A stretch of 64,000 nt of DNA, filler included, from Piptocephalis cylindrospora (lineage: Eukaryota), in NCBI GenBank assembly GCA_003614145.1. It is 7 parts of 7 records of this genome, joined end to end, with 100 filler letters (N's around TTAATTAATTAA, not from the genome) between each part and the next. Parts side by side here need not be neighbours in the genome. Positions count along the whole stretch, not along the records: positions 1 to 9,562 come from KZ988078.1; positions 9,663 to 19,180 come from KZ988079.1; 5 more parts are not named here. The stretch is one strand, 5' to 3'. Shown here one piece after another: positions 1 through 10,545 of this stretch. The notes under the pieces are model-generated. The model was given only the letters and a program-made list of their open reading frames with translations, ran no database searches and was not told where the DNA came from. Within the stretch, counting starts at the first letter, position 1. Every line of letters starts with the position of its first letter. A program made the position numbers and the translations under genes.

Positions 1-42
1 CACCTCCCCCCCTCACACTTGCCCCCCCCCCCTCCCTCCTAG

Positions 43-376
43 ATTGGTGGTCAACACTATTACCCCCATGTCTGGAGACCGAAAGTGCTTCCGACTTGTC
101 GGAGGGGTCTTAGTGGAACGGACGGTCGGTGAAGTCCTCCCCGCTCTCAAGGCCAACCAGGATGGGGTAAGTCCAGCGGGTGAGGGGAAAGGGCTCCCCA
201 CAAGAAAAGCTTTCTAGCTAACATCCCTCTTCATAATGATACAGATCAAAGGTCTGTTGGAAAAGTTGGTGGAGCAGTACAAGAGCAAGGACACCGAGTT
301 CCTAGCCTTCCAGAAGGAGCATCGAATCCAAATTGGGAGCGGTGGTGCTCGTATGCCTGCATCCTCCTCTGCTTGA
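43..376 (+). CDS. GIM4: Prefoldin subunit 2 (GIM4/PFDN2), exons 2-3 (43-166, 245-376)
   Basis: Manual spliced translation LVVNTITPMSGDRKCFRLVGGVLVERTVGEVLPALKANQDG|IKGLLEKLVEQYKSKDTEFLAFQKEH... contains the PFD2 RKCFRxVGGVLVERTV motif. GT-AG intron at 167-244. Confidence 0.92.
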
Positions 377-604
377 TCTCCTTCTTTTTCCTCCTTTTGG
401 AAGAATACATTCTTTTCTCATTTTTACTTTATGGTCATTCTTCATGTCACAGATCATGGCATTCCAAGGATATGATGGCTTAGAGCATCACCCGTGTTGT
501 TATGGGATATGCCCTTTCAAGATTATAATCAATTGGATCTTCCATTCCTTTCTCACATCCCAACCCCATCCTCCCGTCTCTCTTCTTAAAGACACAAAGA
601 TCTT

Positions 605-2570
605 CTAATCAGCCTTGGTATCCACCTCCCGATACCCATCACCTCGACTGGCTCGTCGGGCATACCAGACAAAGACGCCAATGAGGCCAAGGATGGACAC
701 TGTGACCCAGAAGGCATGGTCAACGGCAGCAGATCCGGCCTTGACCATATGCTTGGCTCCCTTTCGAACCCATCCAGCAATGGCTCCGAGGGAGCTCTTG
801 GCGGGGATTCGACCGGCGCGAGCATCCTCGAGAACAGCAAGGAGTGGGCCCCGAACAAATTGGATCTTGCCTCCCTGGGCATCCTCATCCCAATACTCCT
901 CTTCTTCGGGCTGGACTAGGATGATGGCGGGGATATCAGCGGGCCCGACACCATAGGCACGGTCCGCGTAATTTTCCCATTTGACTGCGTTGAGCCAGGC
1001 AAAGAGTACCCTATTGGTTTCCTCCCCCTCTCCCTCCCTCTCGGAATGGACGTGTAGGGGATGATCTTTACGATAGTGGAGAGCAATGCTCTTGAGGGCA
1101 TCACGACGACGAGCAAAGTTATCTGCCTCGGGATCCAACAGACCCAGGACTACCATAAGCCCAGAGCCCTTGAGAATGTCTCGGGCGTTCTGATCGGTAA
1201 GGGTAATAAGGGAGGCGTACTTCTCCACCTCAATCCAGTCCTTGACCCGTTCAGACTCTTCCAGAGGACCCGAGTAACTCTTATGACCTCCGTCCTTGAG
1301 GACAAGGAGGGCGGGGAGATGAGTAATGCTATACTCCGCTTTGACACTTCCTACATCCTCGTGGATGTGAGCAAAGTGAGCGTGCTCAAAGTAGGGCCGA
1401 GAAGCCAGTTCCACGGCCTTTTTAGAGGGGGAAGAGGCGCCAGACTTGGCCCCGTCCCCATCAGTCTTTTCTTCCTCTTCAATGTAGACAAAGATTACAT
1501 CGTGCTCCGTAAGCAGGCGATGCAACTCTGAGGGTGAAGTGGGGATGAGGGGGCTCCGGGAGGCCCGGAGGGCAAAGTCGGTCAGGGCCTCAAGGCTACG
1601 GGAGCTACGGAACTCAGAGGAGGCGCCCGAGTGATAAAATTTGACAGTAGGAAAACCCTTAATATCCTGCTTCTCACATAACTCTGACTGGACGGTACAA
1701 TCTACCTCTCCCACATTGACTTGACCCTGCAGGGTCTGGGCCATTTCCAACCAAGTTGGGGCAAGTTGTTGGCAATGACCGCACCAAGGTGCATAATACT
1801 TGATAAACCAAGGACCCACGCTGGTCAGCGAATCAAAGGTATCCCCATCCAATTCAACGTTGATCCCATCGGGATTGGGCTTGGGGCCATTGTCATCCTC
1901 CAATGGCACCACCACGGCATCGACTTCCTTGCCATTGCTTTTGGCTGGGGAGGCAGGCTTCTTATTGGCCGTCTCGGCACTTTCCTTGATCTTCTGGGCC
2001 TCCTTGACTCGTTCATCCAGAGGCTCGGGGCTCTTGGGGGATTGATCTTGGTTATCCTCCTTCTTGAGCTCCTCGACTTCCCGGCTCCTCTCCTTGTCTA
2101 CTGCCGGGGGAGCAGGGGGGGGGGGCGGGAGCCCCGTACTTGTAGGACATTTTCGTGATCCAGGTCTTCATACGCTTATACTTCGTAGCCTTTTCATACT
2201 CCTCGACCCGATCGCCATTGTGGTAGAGGATGATTTGGGGATAGGCGGTAATGTCATGGTCATCACACAAGTCCGGCTCATCTAGGCAGTTAACCTCGGC
2301 AAAGTGCCAATCTCTAGCGGGTCCAGACCCGTCCAGCTCATCCACAAGTTGCATCCACACTGGAGCCATCTTCTTACAGTGAGGGCACTGTGGAGAAAAG
2401 TGCTTGACCAGCCAGTTTCCCTTTTGGACGACCGCATCAAAAGTTTCCAAGGCTAGGCTAGGCCCAGCCCATTCTTTTCCCAAGATCGAGCTGATCAGCA
2501 AAGGGAGGAGAAGAAGGGAGGAGAGAGACATTGAGCCTCTCTGTCCCAAGAGGGAGGGAGTAAGACGCAT
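605..2570 (-). CDS. Membrane-anchored protein disulfide isomerase (EPS1/TMX-like), two active-site thioredoxin domains; apparent frameshift in a G11 run
   Basis: ORF 2052-2570 has a signal peptide and SPQCPHC. ORF 605-1915 has APWCGHC, further thioredoxin-like segments and a C-terminal TM helix. The second frame stays open up to the homopolymer at 2115-2125. Confidence 0.85.
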
Positions 2571-3041
2571 GTGCTGTGTGCGAAAAGGAAGATGAAAGGG
2601 AGGAGAAATAGAAAAGAACGAGAGAAAGTGATGTTATTGATGGGTGGAGGGATGAAGATAATTAAGGGAAGAAAGAGGGATGGACCTGAAGAAGGCGGGG
2701 AACCCTAGTGTGGGCGTTTCATGGACAAGTCAGCCCTGGTATTGGCATCAGGAGGATGAGAACACAGGAATGAAGGCCATTCAATATGTGGAGAGCAAAG
2801 ACGCATTGGAGACGTGGCATGAGAGGCTCTTTCCAGTTTTAGTGGAAAGTATGTGTATCTGGCGATATTTAGGCCAGGCCAGGTCAGGGACCTTGCTGTA
2901 AGACTCAACCAAGCCAGATATATTTATAAGAACATTTCCTCGGTCATTCAACGTAAAGATAACGCAAGTAGGATTCCAAGTATGTATTTGTCAATCACTC
3001 ATCAAATCAATTGACTCGAAATTAAAACAAATAAAGACTTC

Positions 3042-4235
3042 TCAGTAACCATTGTCCTGGTTATACTGGTCATCATCCGAGCCATCATCCGAGTCATCAC
3101 CCGAATCATCCTCATCGTTGCTGTAAGTAGTATCATCCTCATCGTTGCTGTACGTAGTATCATCCTCATCGTTGCTGTAAGTAGTATCATCCTTATCGTT
3201 GCCAGGATTACACTTGTCGCTGGTGCTATAGATGTCGCATTTCTCATCGTCATCCTTACCAGGAGGGGTGTAGGTATCGTCTCCCTCGTCCTCGTTGCCA
3301 GGATTACACTTGTCGCTGGTGCTATAGATGTCGCATTTCTCATCGTCATCCTTACCAGGAGGGGTGTAAGTGGTATTATCGCCAGGAGGGGTGTAAGTGG
3401 TATCACCGCCAGGGGAGGTACCACCATTGCCAGGAGTGGTGCTATCGTCGCATGACTCATCGTCCTTGTTGTCAGGAGGAGTGTAAGTGGTATCACCGCC
3501 AGGAGAGGTGCACTTGGAGTCGGTACTGCCTTCGTAGCATGTATCTTGGTTATTATCGCCAGGAGGAGTGTAAGTAGTATCATCTCCAGGAGGAGTGTAA
3601 GTGGTATCACCGCCAGGAGGAGTGTAAGTGGTATCACCACCAGGAGAGGTGCACTTGGGATCGGTACTGCCTTCGTAGCATGTATCTTGGTTACCATCGC
3701 CAGGAGGGGTATAACCACCATCGGTAGGGGGAGGAGTGCTGGTACAATTGTTGGCCGCGGGAACAAAATTACCGGAATCGGTATAATAGATCTTGACCAT
3801 ACCCCAGCAATGACTGTTCCTGGTCTTCTTACCGGTCTTCTTATCAACTTGATCGACCTCCTTGTGGGCAGAGCAGGATACGGCGGTGATGTTTTTGGCA
3901 TTGAGGATGTCCATGGAATGGGTAACGTTATTAATGACGTTGACCACAGACACTTCATTGGTCCCATCGTACTCATGGGCGTAAGGACAAGTGAACTGAA
4001 CGGGGATCTTGCGCCAGCCATTGCCAAAGCTTCCGGGGATGACCTTCTTAGTGCTAGACATCTGGTGAGCTTCAGTCTGGAGCTCGTTAAAATCCGCGGT
4101 GGTGGTCTTGACAGGAGTCAAGTCGTACTTTTGACGTTGAGAATTGACTATGCAAGCCAAGGTGCTAGAGAATAGGGTGGCCGAAGCGGGGGTGATAGCG
4201 GCGGCAGCTGCTGCGAGGATAAGGGCAGACTTCAT
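3042..4235 (-). CDS. Secreted 397-aa protein: divergent CAP/SCP-like N-terminal domain plus Pro/Thr/Asp/Tyr tandem repeats
   Basis: Signal peptide MKSALILAAAAAAITPASA. LACIVNSQRQKYDLTPV and HSMDILNAKNITAVSC resemble CAP motifs. Repeats include PPGGDTTYT, CYEGSTDxKC, KDDDEKCDIYSTSDKCNPGN and DDTTYSNDE. Confidence 0.8.
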   Translation of the reverse strand: MKSALILAAAAAAITPASATLFSSTLACIVNSQRQKYDLTPVKTTTADFNELQTEAHQMSSTKKVIPGSFGNGWRKIPVQFTCPYAHEYDGTNEVSVVNVINNVTHSMDILNAKNITAVSCSAHKEVDQVDKKTGKKTRNSHCWGMVKIYYTDSGNFVPAANNCTSTPPPTDGGYTPPGDGNQDTCYEGSTDPKCTSPGGDTTYTPPGGDTTYTPPGDDTTYTPPGDNNQDTCYEGSTDSKCTSPGGDTTYTPPDNKDDESCDDSTTPGNGGTSPGGDTTYTPPGDNTTYTPPGKDDDEKCDIYSTSDKCNPGNEDEGDDTYTPPGKDDDEKCDIYSTSDKCNPGNDKDDTTYSNDEDDTTYSNDEDDTTYSNDEDDSGDDSDDGSDDDQYNQDNGY

Positions 4236-5618
4236 TGTGAAGGGAGAGGGATGGAGTAAGAGGGGGAGATGGAATCGAGGGAACGGGTCGACCGTAGAGA
4301 GTGAGGATAAGGGGTAGAGAAATTTGGTATTTCTGTTGGTGGTGGTTGGATTGGAGGCAAGGAGGAGGCGACTGGCGCACTTGACTTAGGGAGAGGGGGG
4401 AGGGGGGTCAGGGTAATAGGAGGTGGGGGGGAGGGTTGATAGAGGGGGGATAAAGAGAGAGGAAGGAGGCTGAAATATTCTGGGACGGGAAGACCAAGAT
4501 TTATAGGAAAATTGGTAAAGTCACCAGGACACAAGACCTACAAGCTTGAGTAAATGATGCTCTTTCCCTTGGAGGAGGAAGGTGGATAACAATGGGAAGG
4601 AAATGGAAGAGATGCCCATGCAAGCAAATACACCAATGAGAAGGTTCAAAGGTTTGGATACACAATGCAACTTCCGGCCAACCTAGACTCCGCTGCCGGT
4701 CATGTAAAGCAGTAGAGTCCGATTTGTGCATCCGCACATCGGACTGATGCATCTCCGCCCTCTGCAAAAGAGGCTATCAAAGATGGGAAACAAGGATGCA
4801 CACGGACAATCTAACTGGCCGCCCGATGCTATAATTAGCTGATAATAGACCACAAATGTGATTTCAAAGTCCGAGTGAGAAAGGGAAGCGGAGTTTAAAC
4901 TAAAAGACAAGAGCGATGAGTTGAGTTTGAATATGAGAAGAGGGAGGGGAGGGGAAATGATGGAGGCTATTGTTAGGATTTGGGGAGGGAAATGGTTGAT
5001 CCAGTTGCCTCTTCCCAAGCCATGGTGAACTAGATGAAAAATGGGGCGACTCGGGCTCATCTGACCCATTCCCATTGATGATAAGGGAGCTAAATGGGTC
5101 GCTTGAATTTCTGGGATCAAATTACTGTCGGTCGTGTCCCGCCTCCTAGGTATTCTCAGGGGCAAGAGAAGGGACAGGTGCGCCAGGATACTCAATTTGG
5201 ATGAGAGAATCTTCCATGGAGCTAGCAAGTGCCATTGGTTGGAATCAAAGAGGGATGCCTTTTAGGCCGTGATGATAGAATGGACATGAATACAGTTATG
5301 TTCCCCAGGAGGCTAACTCTCTGAGGAAGAAGTAGATTAGGACGCCTCAAAGATCAAGATGAAGTACATACTCCCTATTCACCCACAACAGTGCCACTAG
5401 ACAGAGGAAAGGGTATATTGGACAAGGAAAAAAAGAAAGGGTATCGACTACGCGCACACGTCAATCCACCCCTCTCCCATGGGTACCCAGGCACACCGTC
5501 ACAGGTAGACTCACGCGTGCGCATGCATCCCTGGGGAAAGAGATGGAATCCCCGGTGTATACGGTGTAGAAGATGCACGAAACCATCATCATCATCACTA
5601 CCAGCTCAAGCAACGCCC

Positions 5619-6390
5619 TTACCAGCCAGAGGGGATCTTCATGGTGCCATCGGGAGAGGAGACGGTGGGGAAGGCAGCGACAGGGCCCATATCCATCCCC
5701 ATGGTCTCAGAACCTGCGTTGGAGGGATAGCCCTGAAAGAGGGCATCGTGGAAGGTAGGCTCCATGGAGGGAGCAGATGGATCCTGGAAGTAATGGCCTG
5801 AGGAGGGCTGGGCCTGCTCAGGCAGAAGGGCCTGCAGAAGGAGAAGACGGGAGGCCGGGGAACCGGATGTGGGACGGGGGGCCCACTCGGGGCACGCGCG
5901 TCTTCGGTAGGCGTCCACAGCGGTCTGCAAGAGACCCTTACATCCCGCGAGTAGATGGGGATTGAGGGCGGCCAGCTTAAAGGAAATGTCGTTGCACGCA
6001 CATTCCAATTCATATCGACCACCCGAGTACTCCTCCTTGGGGACCAGGGCTCGAGGGTAGACGGCATTGAGTCGACGGAAGGACGGATCGGTGATCTGTT
6101 CAGCGGGTACCGAGGCGATGTCGGCCTTGACCCTTAACTGCAGGGCCACACCATCATTCCCGGGGACAGTAAAGGAGAGGACACGCATGGGCCTCCGCTT
6201 TCCACTGGGAGAAGGACCAGAATCGATCAGAGAGATGGGGGAGGGAGCGTGAGTGAGGGAGTCGTACAAGCCAAAAATGGAGGAGGGAGCGGTAGTCTCA
6301 ACAGGAGAGGTGGGACCCAGAAGGGAGGAAGGGGAGGCAGGGGAGCTCATCCCGGAGAGTGGGGACTTGACAGTGGGAGATGTGGCCGGA
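5619..6390 (-). CDS. Conserved fungal protein of unknown function, 5' end missing (chimeric junction)
   Basis: Core LRVKADIASV...NAVYPRALVPKEEYSGGRYELECACNDISFKLAALNPHLLAGCKGLLQTAVDAYRRR resembles a recurring fungal DUF (recalled, not searched). The first ~20 codons of the listed ORF overlap PFD2 exon 1 and its intron. Confidence 0.7.
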
Positions 6391-6433
6391 GGGGGGGGAG
6401 GGGGACTAAGAGGGTTTATAGAACATGACCTAC

Positions 6434-6564
6434 TTGTACTCATCGGAATCCTGCTCAAGTTCTCCAATCTTCTGGGCCAAGCTTTGGAGCTCGGACTTAA
6501 AGGCGTTGAACTTGACCGTGATTTCCTGGTCGGTAGGGGCGCGTTTCGCAGTGGAGGAGGACAT
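6434..6564 (-). CDS. GIM4: Prefoldin subunit 2 exon 1 (inverted relative to exons 2-3)
   Basis: MSSSTAKRAPTDQEITVKFNAFKSELQSLAQKIGELEQDSDEY+AA, then donor GTAGGT at 6433. The phase matches exon 2 at 43 (AA+A = Lys). Confidence 0.88.
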
Positions 6565-6918
6565 TGAGAAGGAGAAGGTAGAGGTAAGATGATGAGGGGG
6601 CGTGTCTTCTCTCTCCTCGTTAGCCCAGCTTGTGTTTATCTAGAGGCATAGACTTGTTGGCCTGTGGATGTATTGGGAGAGGGGGAAGATGGAGCTTGAG
6701 CTGGGTTTCGATCTGGGAATCTACATTTTAAATTCATGTGAAATTTCGTACCAGCTATTTGAAGCGATGATGATTAATACTTGTGCATGTGAGCAAGGAC
6801 ATGATAATATCAGTTTATCTAAATCAACCAACAACACCTAGTTTCACCCAAATGAACTCATTGAGAACCACATCAGGACCGCCTCATTCCCCTAGTTGAT
6901 TAAAGCCCCTTTCCAAGA

Positions 6919-8173
6919 TTATTCAGATAGCTCCCGAGGGGGCCATAAACCCTGATTAATGTTTTGTTGCACAACCTCCTTCATGTCTTGAGGGGTAAAG
7001 CCTTGATCGTAATGGTACTGGAATCCCGTTTCCCGGATAATGGCCCTTCCATCTACTGAGTAAGGCCTAAGAGAGCAGTACTCCTTTTCAAAAAATGGGG
7101 TAACAGGACTCTTAATCCCGGTAGACTGAAGTAGCCCCAGCCAGCCCTCAAGGAGCATCTCGTTGACGTGGTCGCAATTTTCCTCCAGCTCCTGGGGAGA
7201 AAGAGGCGCATTCGCCGAGTTTTCGATAAAACTAGCTTTGAGACCGGGGAAGACCTTGCTAGCTGTCCTAAACACGTGCTTAGGGGTGGTGTGGCCATTG
7301 TCGGCCAGGTTAAAGATGACTGGGGAGAAGGGGATGACCCCAATTTGTTCCGCTCGTCGCTGGATATACCAGGTGGACAGGTGGATGAGGGCTCGGGCTA
7401 CGTCGCGTACATGAACGGTACTGTAGTTGACCTTGGCCCCAACAGGAGCCTCGTAGGCTACGCCCGCCCGGGAGAAGAGGTCACAAGCAATGAGGACGGC
7501 GATCCAAAACCTCCGTTCATCTGGCCCCCATAACACAGCTGGACGTACAATGACCAGGGGAAGGTTGGGGACCTCCCGAAGAGCCTCCTCCATTCGGACC
7601 ATATAGGTGGATCGATAATTATACTGCTCCATCCTTCCTCCCTCATCCACCAAGGCCCCGGAAGCGGGGGTGATGTAGGGCATGCTTGAAGAGACGGTGA
7701 GGAAGACCTTGCATCCTGTGGCCACGGCTTGGGAGGCACAGGCGACAGCATCGGTCACGAAGCGCTGCTGGAACACTGCTTCGACCTCCCAGTAGGATAT
7801 ATCGGCGGCGCAGTAGAAGACTCGTTCAAAGCTCTGATCCAGAGCTGGCGGAGCAAAAATCTTTTCCAATACGGCTTTATCATGATCGTTATAATTTCGA
7901 GACGAGATAGAATGAGTGGTAGGGACAATGTATGTCCGGTAAGCGAATAAAAGTCTTACAGGGATGACCAAGATTGGCCTGAATGTACTCTACATTAGTA
8001 AAAGCAGCGACGTGCGCCGCGCTAAGGAGAGCGTGCTCAGTTAATTGTCGATCTATCACACGAATATGTGTCTCCTTCCCAAAGGCCTTTACAAGCCCCT
8101 CGACCAGGTGACGACCAACGTGGGATAAGCCCCCAAGGACCAGGATAGGGGAAGGGCGCTTCATGGAAGGCAT
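6919..8173 (-). CDS. NAD-dependent epimerase/dehydratase (extended SDR-like), 2 exons
   Basis: N-terminal Rossmann-like ILVLGGLSHVGRHLV. Intron ~7959-7875. Later motifs VIVRPAVLWGP, STVHVRDVARA and IFNLAD. Confidence 0.8.
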
Positions 8174-9243
8174 ATTGGGGACAAGAAAGAAATGTATGGG
8201 AATGGGACAGGATAGAGGGAAAGATAATGATAGTACGACTGATTACCTGCAGAGATGAGACATAAATATATCTTACATGTTATCCGCCTGGGGGGGTCTA
8301 ATCATGCTATGATGAGTTTTTCAAGGAGCATTTATCCTTAACCGTGGTAAAGAAAATTTATCCGACTGTTGCCCCACTCCTCTTGAAATGGACCACTTAG
8401 AAAATGGAGGACCCCATGTCTTTTCACACTCATTGGGCGGGTCTCTGGTCAAGCAGGGTGTCTCATCAACGAGGACGACCAACCCGGTATCTGTGTGGTC
8501 AATGGAGAGAGAGAGAGAGGGAGGGGAGGAGACCGCTGACTATAGTGGATGGCGGGCCCTGTACGGAGAAAACATTGTATCTATTGATGAGTGTCGATAT
8601 GAACCAGGAGAATGATGAGGATCTCGCTTTATTCTTCTGATGTGAATGAAGTCTCTTATATCCTGGCCCTGATTTACGGGATGTGGGAGAGAATCAAGGG
8701 GGAGCACGTGGGTAAGGCATAATGCAGGGGGCCCAATCTCCGTCTAAACCTGGGCCATCCAGCCATCCAGAGCTTGCTTGTACTATCGACCTCCTCTGAC
8801 TTATCCCCTTGCCAATGTAAACACCTACATATCAGGGATGGAGGATGCCGAGGAGAAGGGTATGAGGTATGCACCCCTGCTTGCTCTGGATCACCACCAC
8901 TTATCGTGAGCAGTAGAATGAGATCAGCCTACTCTCCCTCCTTTCTTCCATGACATTTCGATCGTGTAAACACTAGGTAAAATGTGGTTCACTTTGGCCG
9001 AGTCTAAATTATAATGCGCTAAGTGATGACTTTCTATTGATGTGAGGGGCAATGCTTCCTGGCAAGCACCAATGTACTGCTCTGCTCTTCCACTCTCCAA
9101 GGCATCCCTAAAACCAAATTCCATTTCAACCACAGTTCGCAAAAATACACTGCACAAATTCGGAGTATCCATCGTGTGAGTCAAGAACCAATGATGTAAT
9201 GATACATCATGACCCTTCACTGATAAGGCTCTCTTTCACCTTG

Positions 9244-9262
9244 GCGCGCGCGCGCGCGCGCG
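9244..9262. repeat. Pure (GC)n alternating tract flanked by two GATAAGGC motifs, upstream of enolase
   Basis: GCGCGCGCGCGCGCGCGCG read directly. GATAAGGC at ~9222 and ~9266. Confidence 0.85.
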
Positions 9263-9492
9263 TCAGATAAGGCCCCTTTTCCTGCTATTTTATCCCCAAA
9301 TTTACCATTGGGAAAGTAGGGAACCTTCTAGTCTCGTCTCCCCATTGTGAGCGTCATTCCCTGGCCTTCTATTTTAAAGTCTCCTGCTAGCTCCTATTCA
9401 GATTTTCAGTCCAGTCCCATCTCTCTTTCCTCCCTCATCCTCCCAATCCCACTCTCCTCTCCATCGCATCATCTCTCCCCACCCACTTCAAC

Positions 9493-9562
9493 ATGCCCAT
9501 CACCAAGGTCCACGCCCGTCAAATCTTTGACTCCCGCGGTAACCCTACTGTCGAGGTTGAGC
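9493..9562 (+). CDS. ENO1: Enolase, 5' fragment truncated by contig end
   Basis: [23 protein letters not shown] is the canonical enolase N-terminus. Confidence 0.95.
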
Positions 9563-9662
9563 NNNNNNNNNNNNNNNNNNNNNNNNNNNNNNNNNNNNNN
9601 NNNNNNTTAATTAATTAANNNNNNNNNNNNNNNNNNNNNNNNNNNNNNNNNNNNNNNNNNNN
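9563..9662. other. Artificial contig linker N44-TTAATTAATTAA-N44
   Basis: Identical 100-bp spacer occurs six times. The core has stops in all six frames. Confidence 0.98.
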
Positions 9663-10545
9663 TCACCAAGGCCAGGACACAAGAGGCAGGAGCGAGAACA
9701 TGAAGAGACATGGTGATGACTTGACAGTTTAGAGAAAGAGGGAGGAAGGGAAGGAGAGAGGGTGTTCGTCAGGAAGAAGCAAGGCAAAAAGAGATGCGCT
9801 GAGATGTTGGGAAGCGAGGGGAGGAAGATCGGAAGCGGCTGGGATGAGCGAGAAAGAGGGGTGTGCGTGCGGAAGGAGTGAAATGGAGAGCGAGATGTGA
9901 ATGAGGAACGAGGAATGAGGGATGAGGGATGATGAAGAGAAAGAGGATGAGGGAAAGAGGATGAGGGAAAGAGGAGGGAGAGGGTGGCCTGAATGGGCTT
10001 GGCATCCAATTTATACCCAAAGCTGCTCCTAAGTGACCCCATCCTGTTAGAAGATAGGTGGGCTGGGCTGGTCACAGAGGAGCGGGCCAAGATTGCCTCC
10101 TCCGTTGACGGAATGTCATTCCTGGTAAATACTATGTCCGCTCTTAGATATAATTGGCTGATTAGAGATAGATGTCGGGGGTTGGCTTCATCGGAGCTTA
10201 AAACAGAAGGAATTAAGATGGGCGGAGTTAGGTTGCTTCATATTTTTTACCCTGTTGTTGTCTCATTGGGGATGATCTTGTAAGCCAATCTTCTATTCAT
10301 CAGTTAGGTGTGAACATCAGAGCTCTAAATGTTACCCACTAGCTAGTATTATTCATAGAATGGATAACCAACTCGTGAATATCTTGATCTCTGTGGGATG
10401 GACGCACCTTAATCTCATATCGTGTTTTTAAGCATAGGTTCATACGTCCATTGAATCATTCGACCCTCTCCATCCCAGAAGGGTACAGATTTCTGTGATA
10501 ACCAGACGTTTCCGAGATGGATGGAAATCCTAAAAGCTCCCCTAA

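Noticed and set aside
3002..4175. Long alternative ORFs 3002-4027 (-) and 3546-4175 (+) as overlapping genes
   Set aside because: Shadow frames of the repeat-rich secreted gene. They lack their own signal or domain logic.
9607..9618. Recurring TTAATTAATTAA palindrome at ~9.5-kb spacing as a biological periodic element
   Set aside because: Always centred in identical N padding. It is a synthetic six-frame-stop linker.
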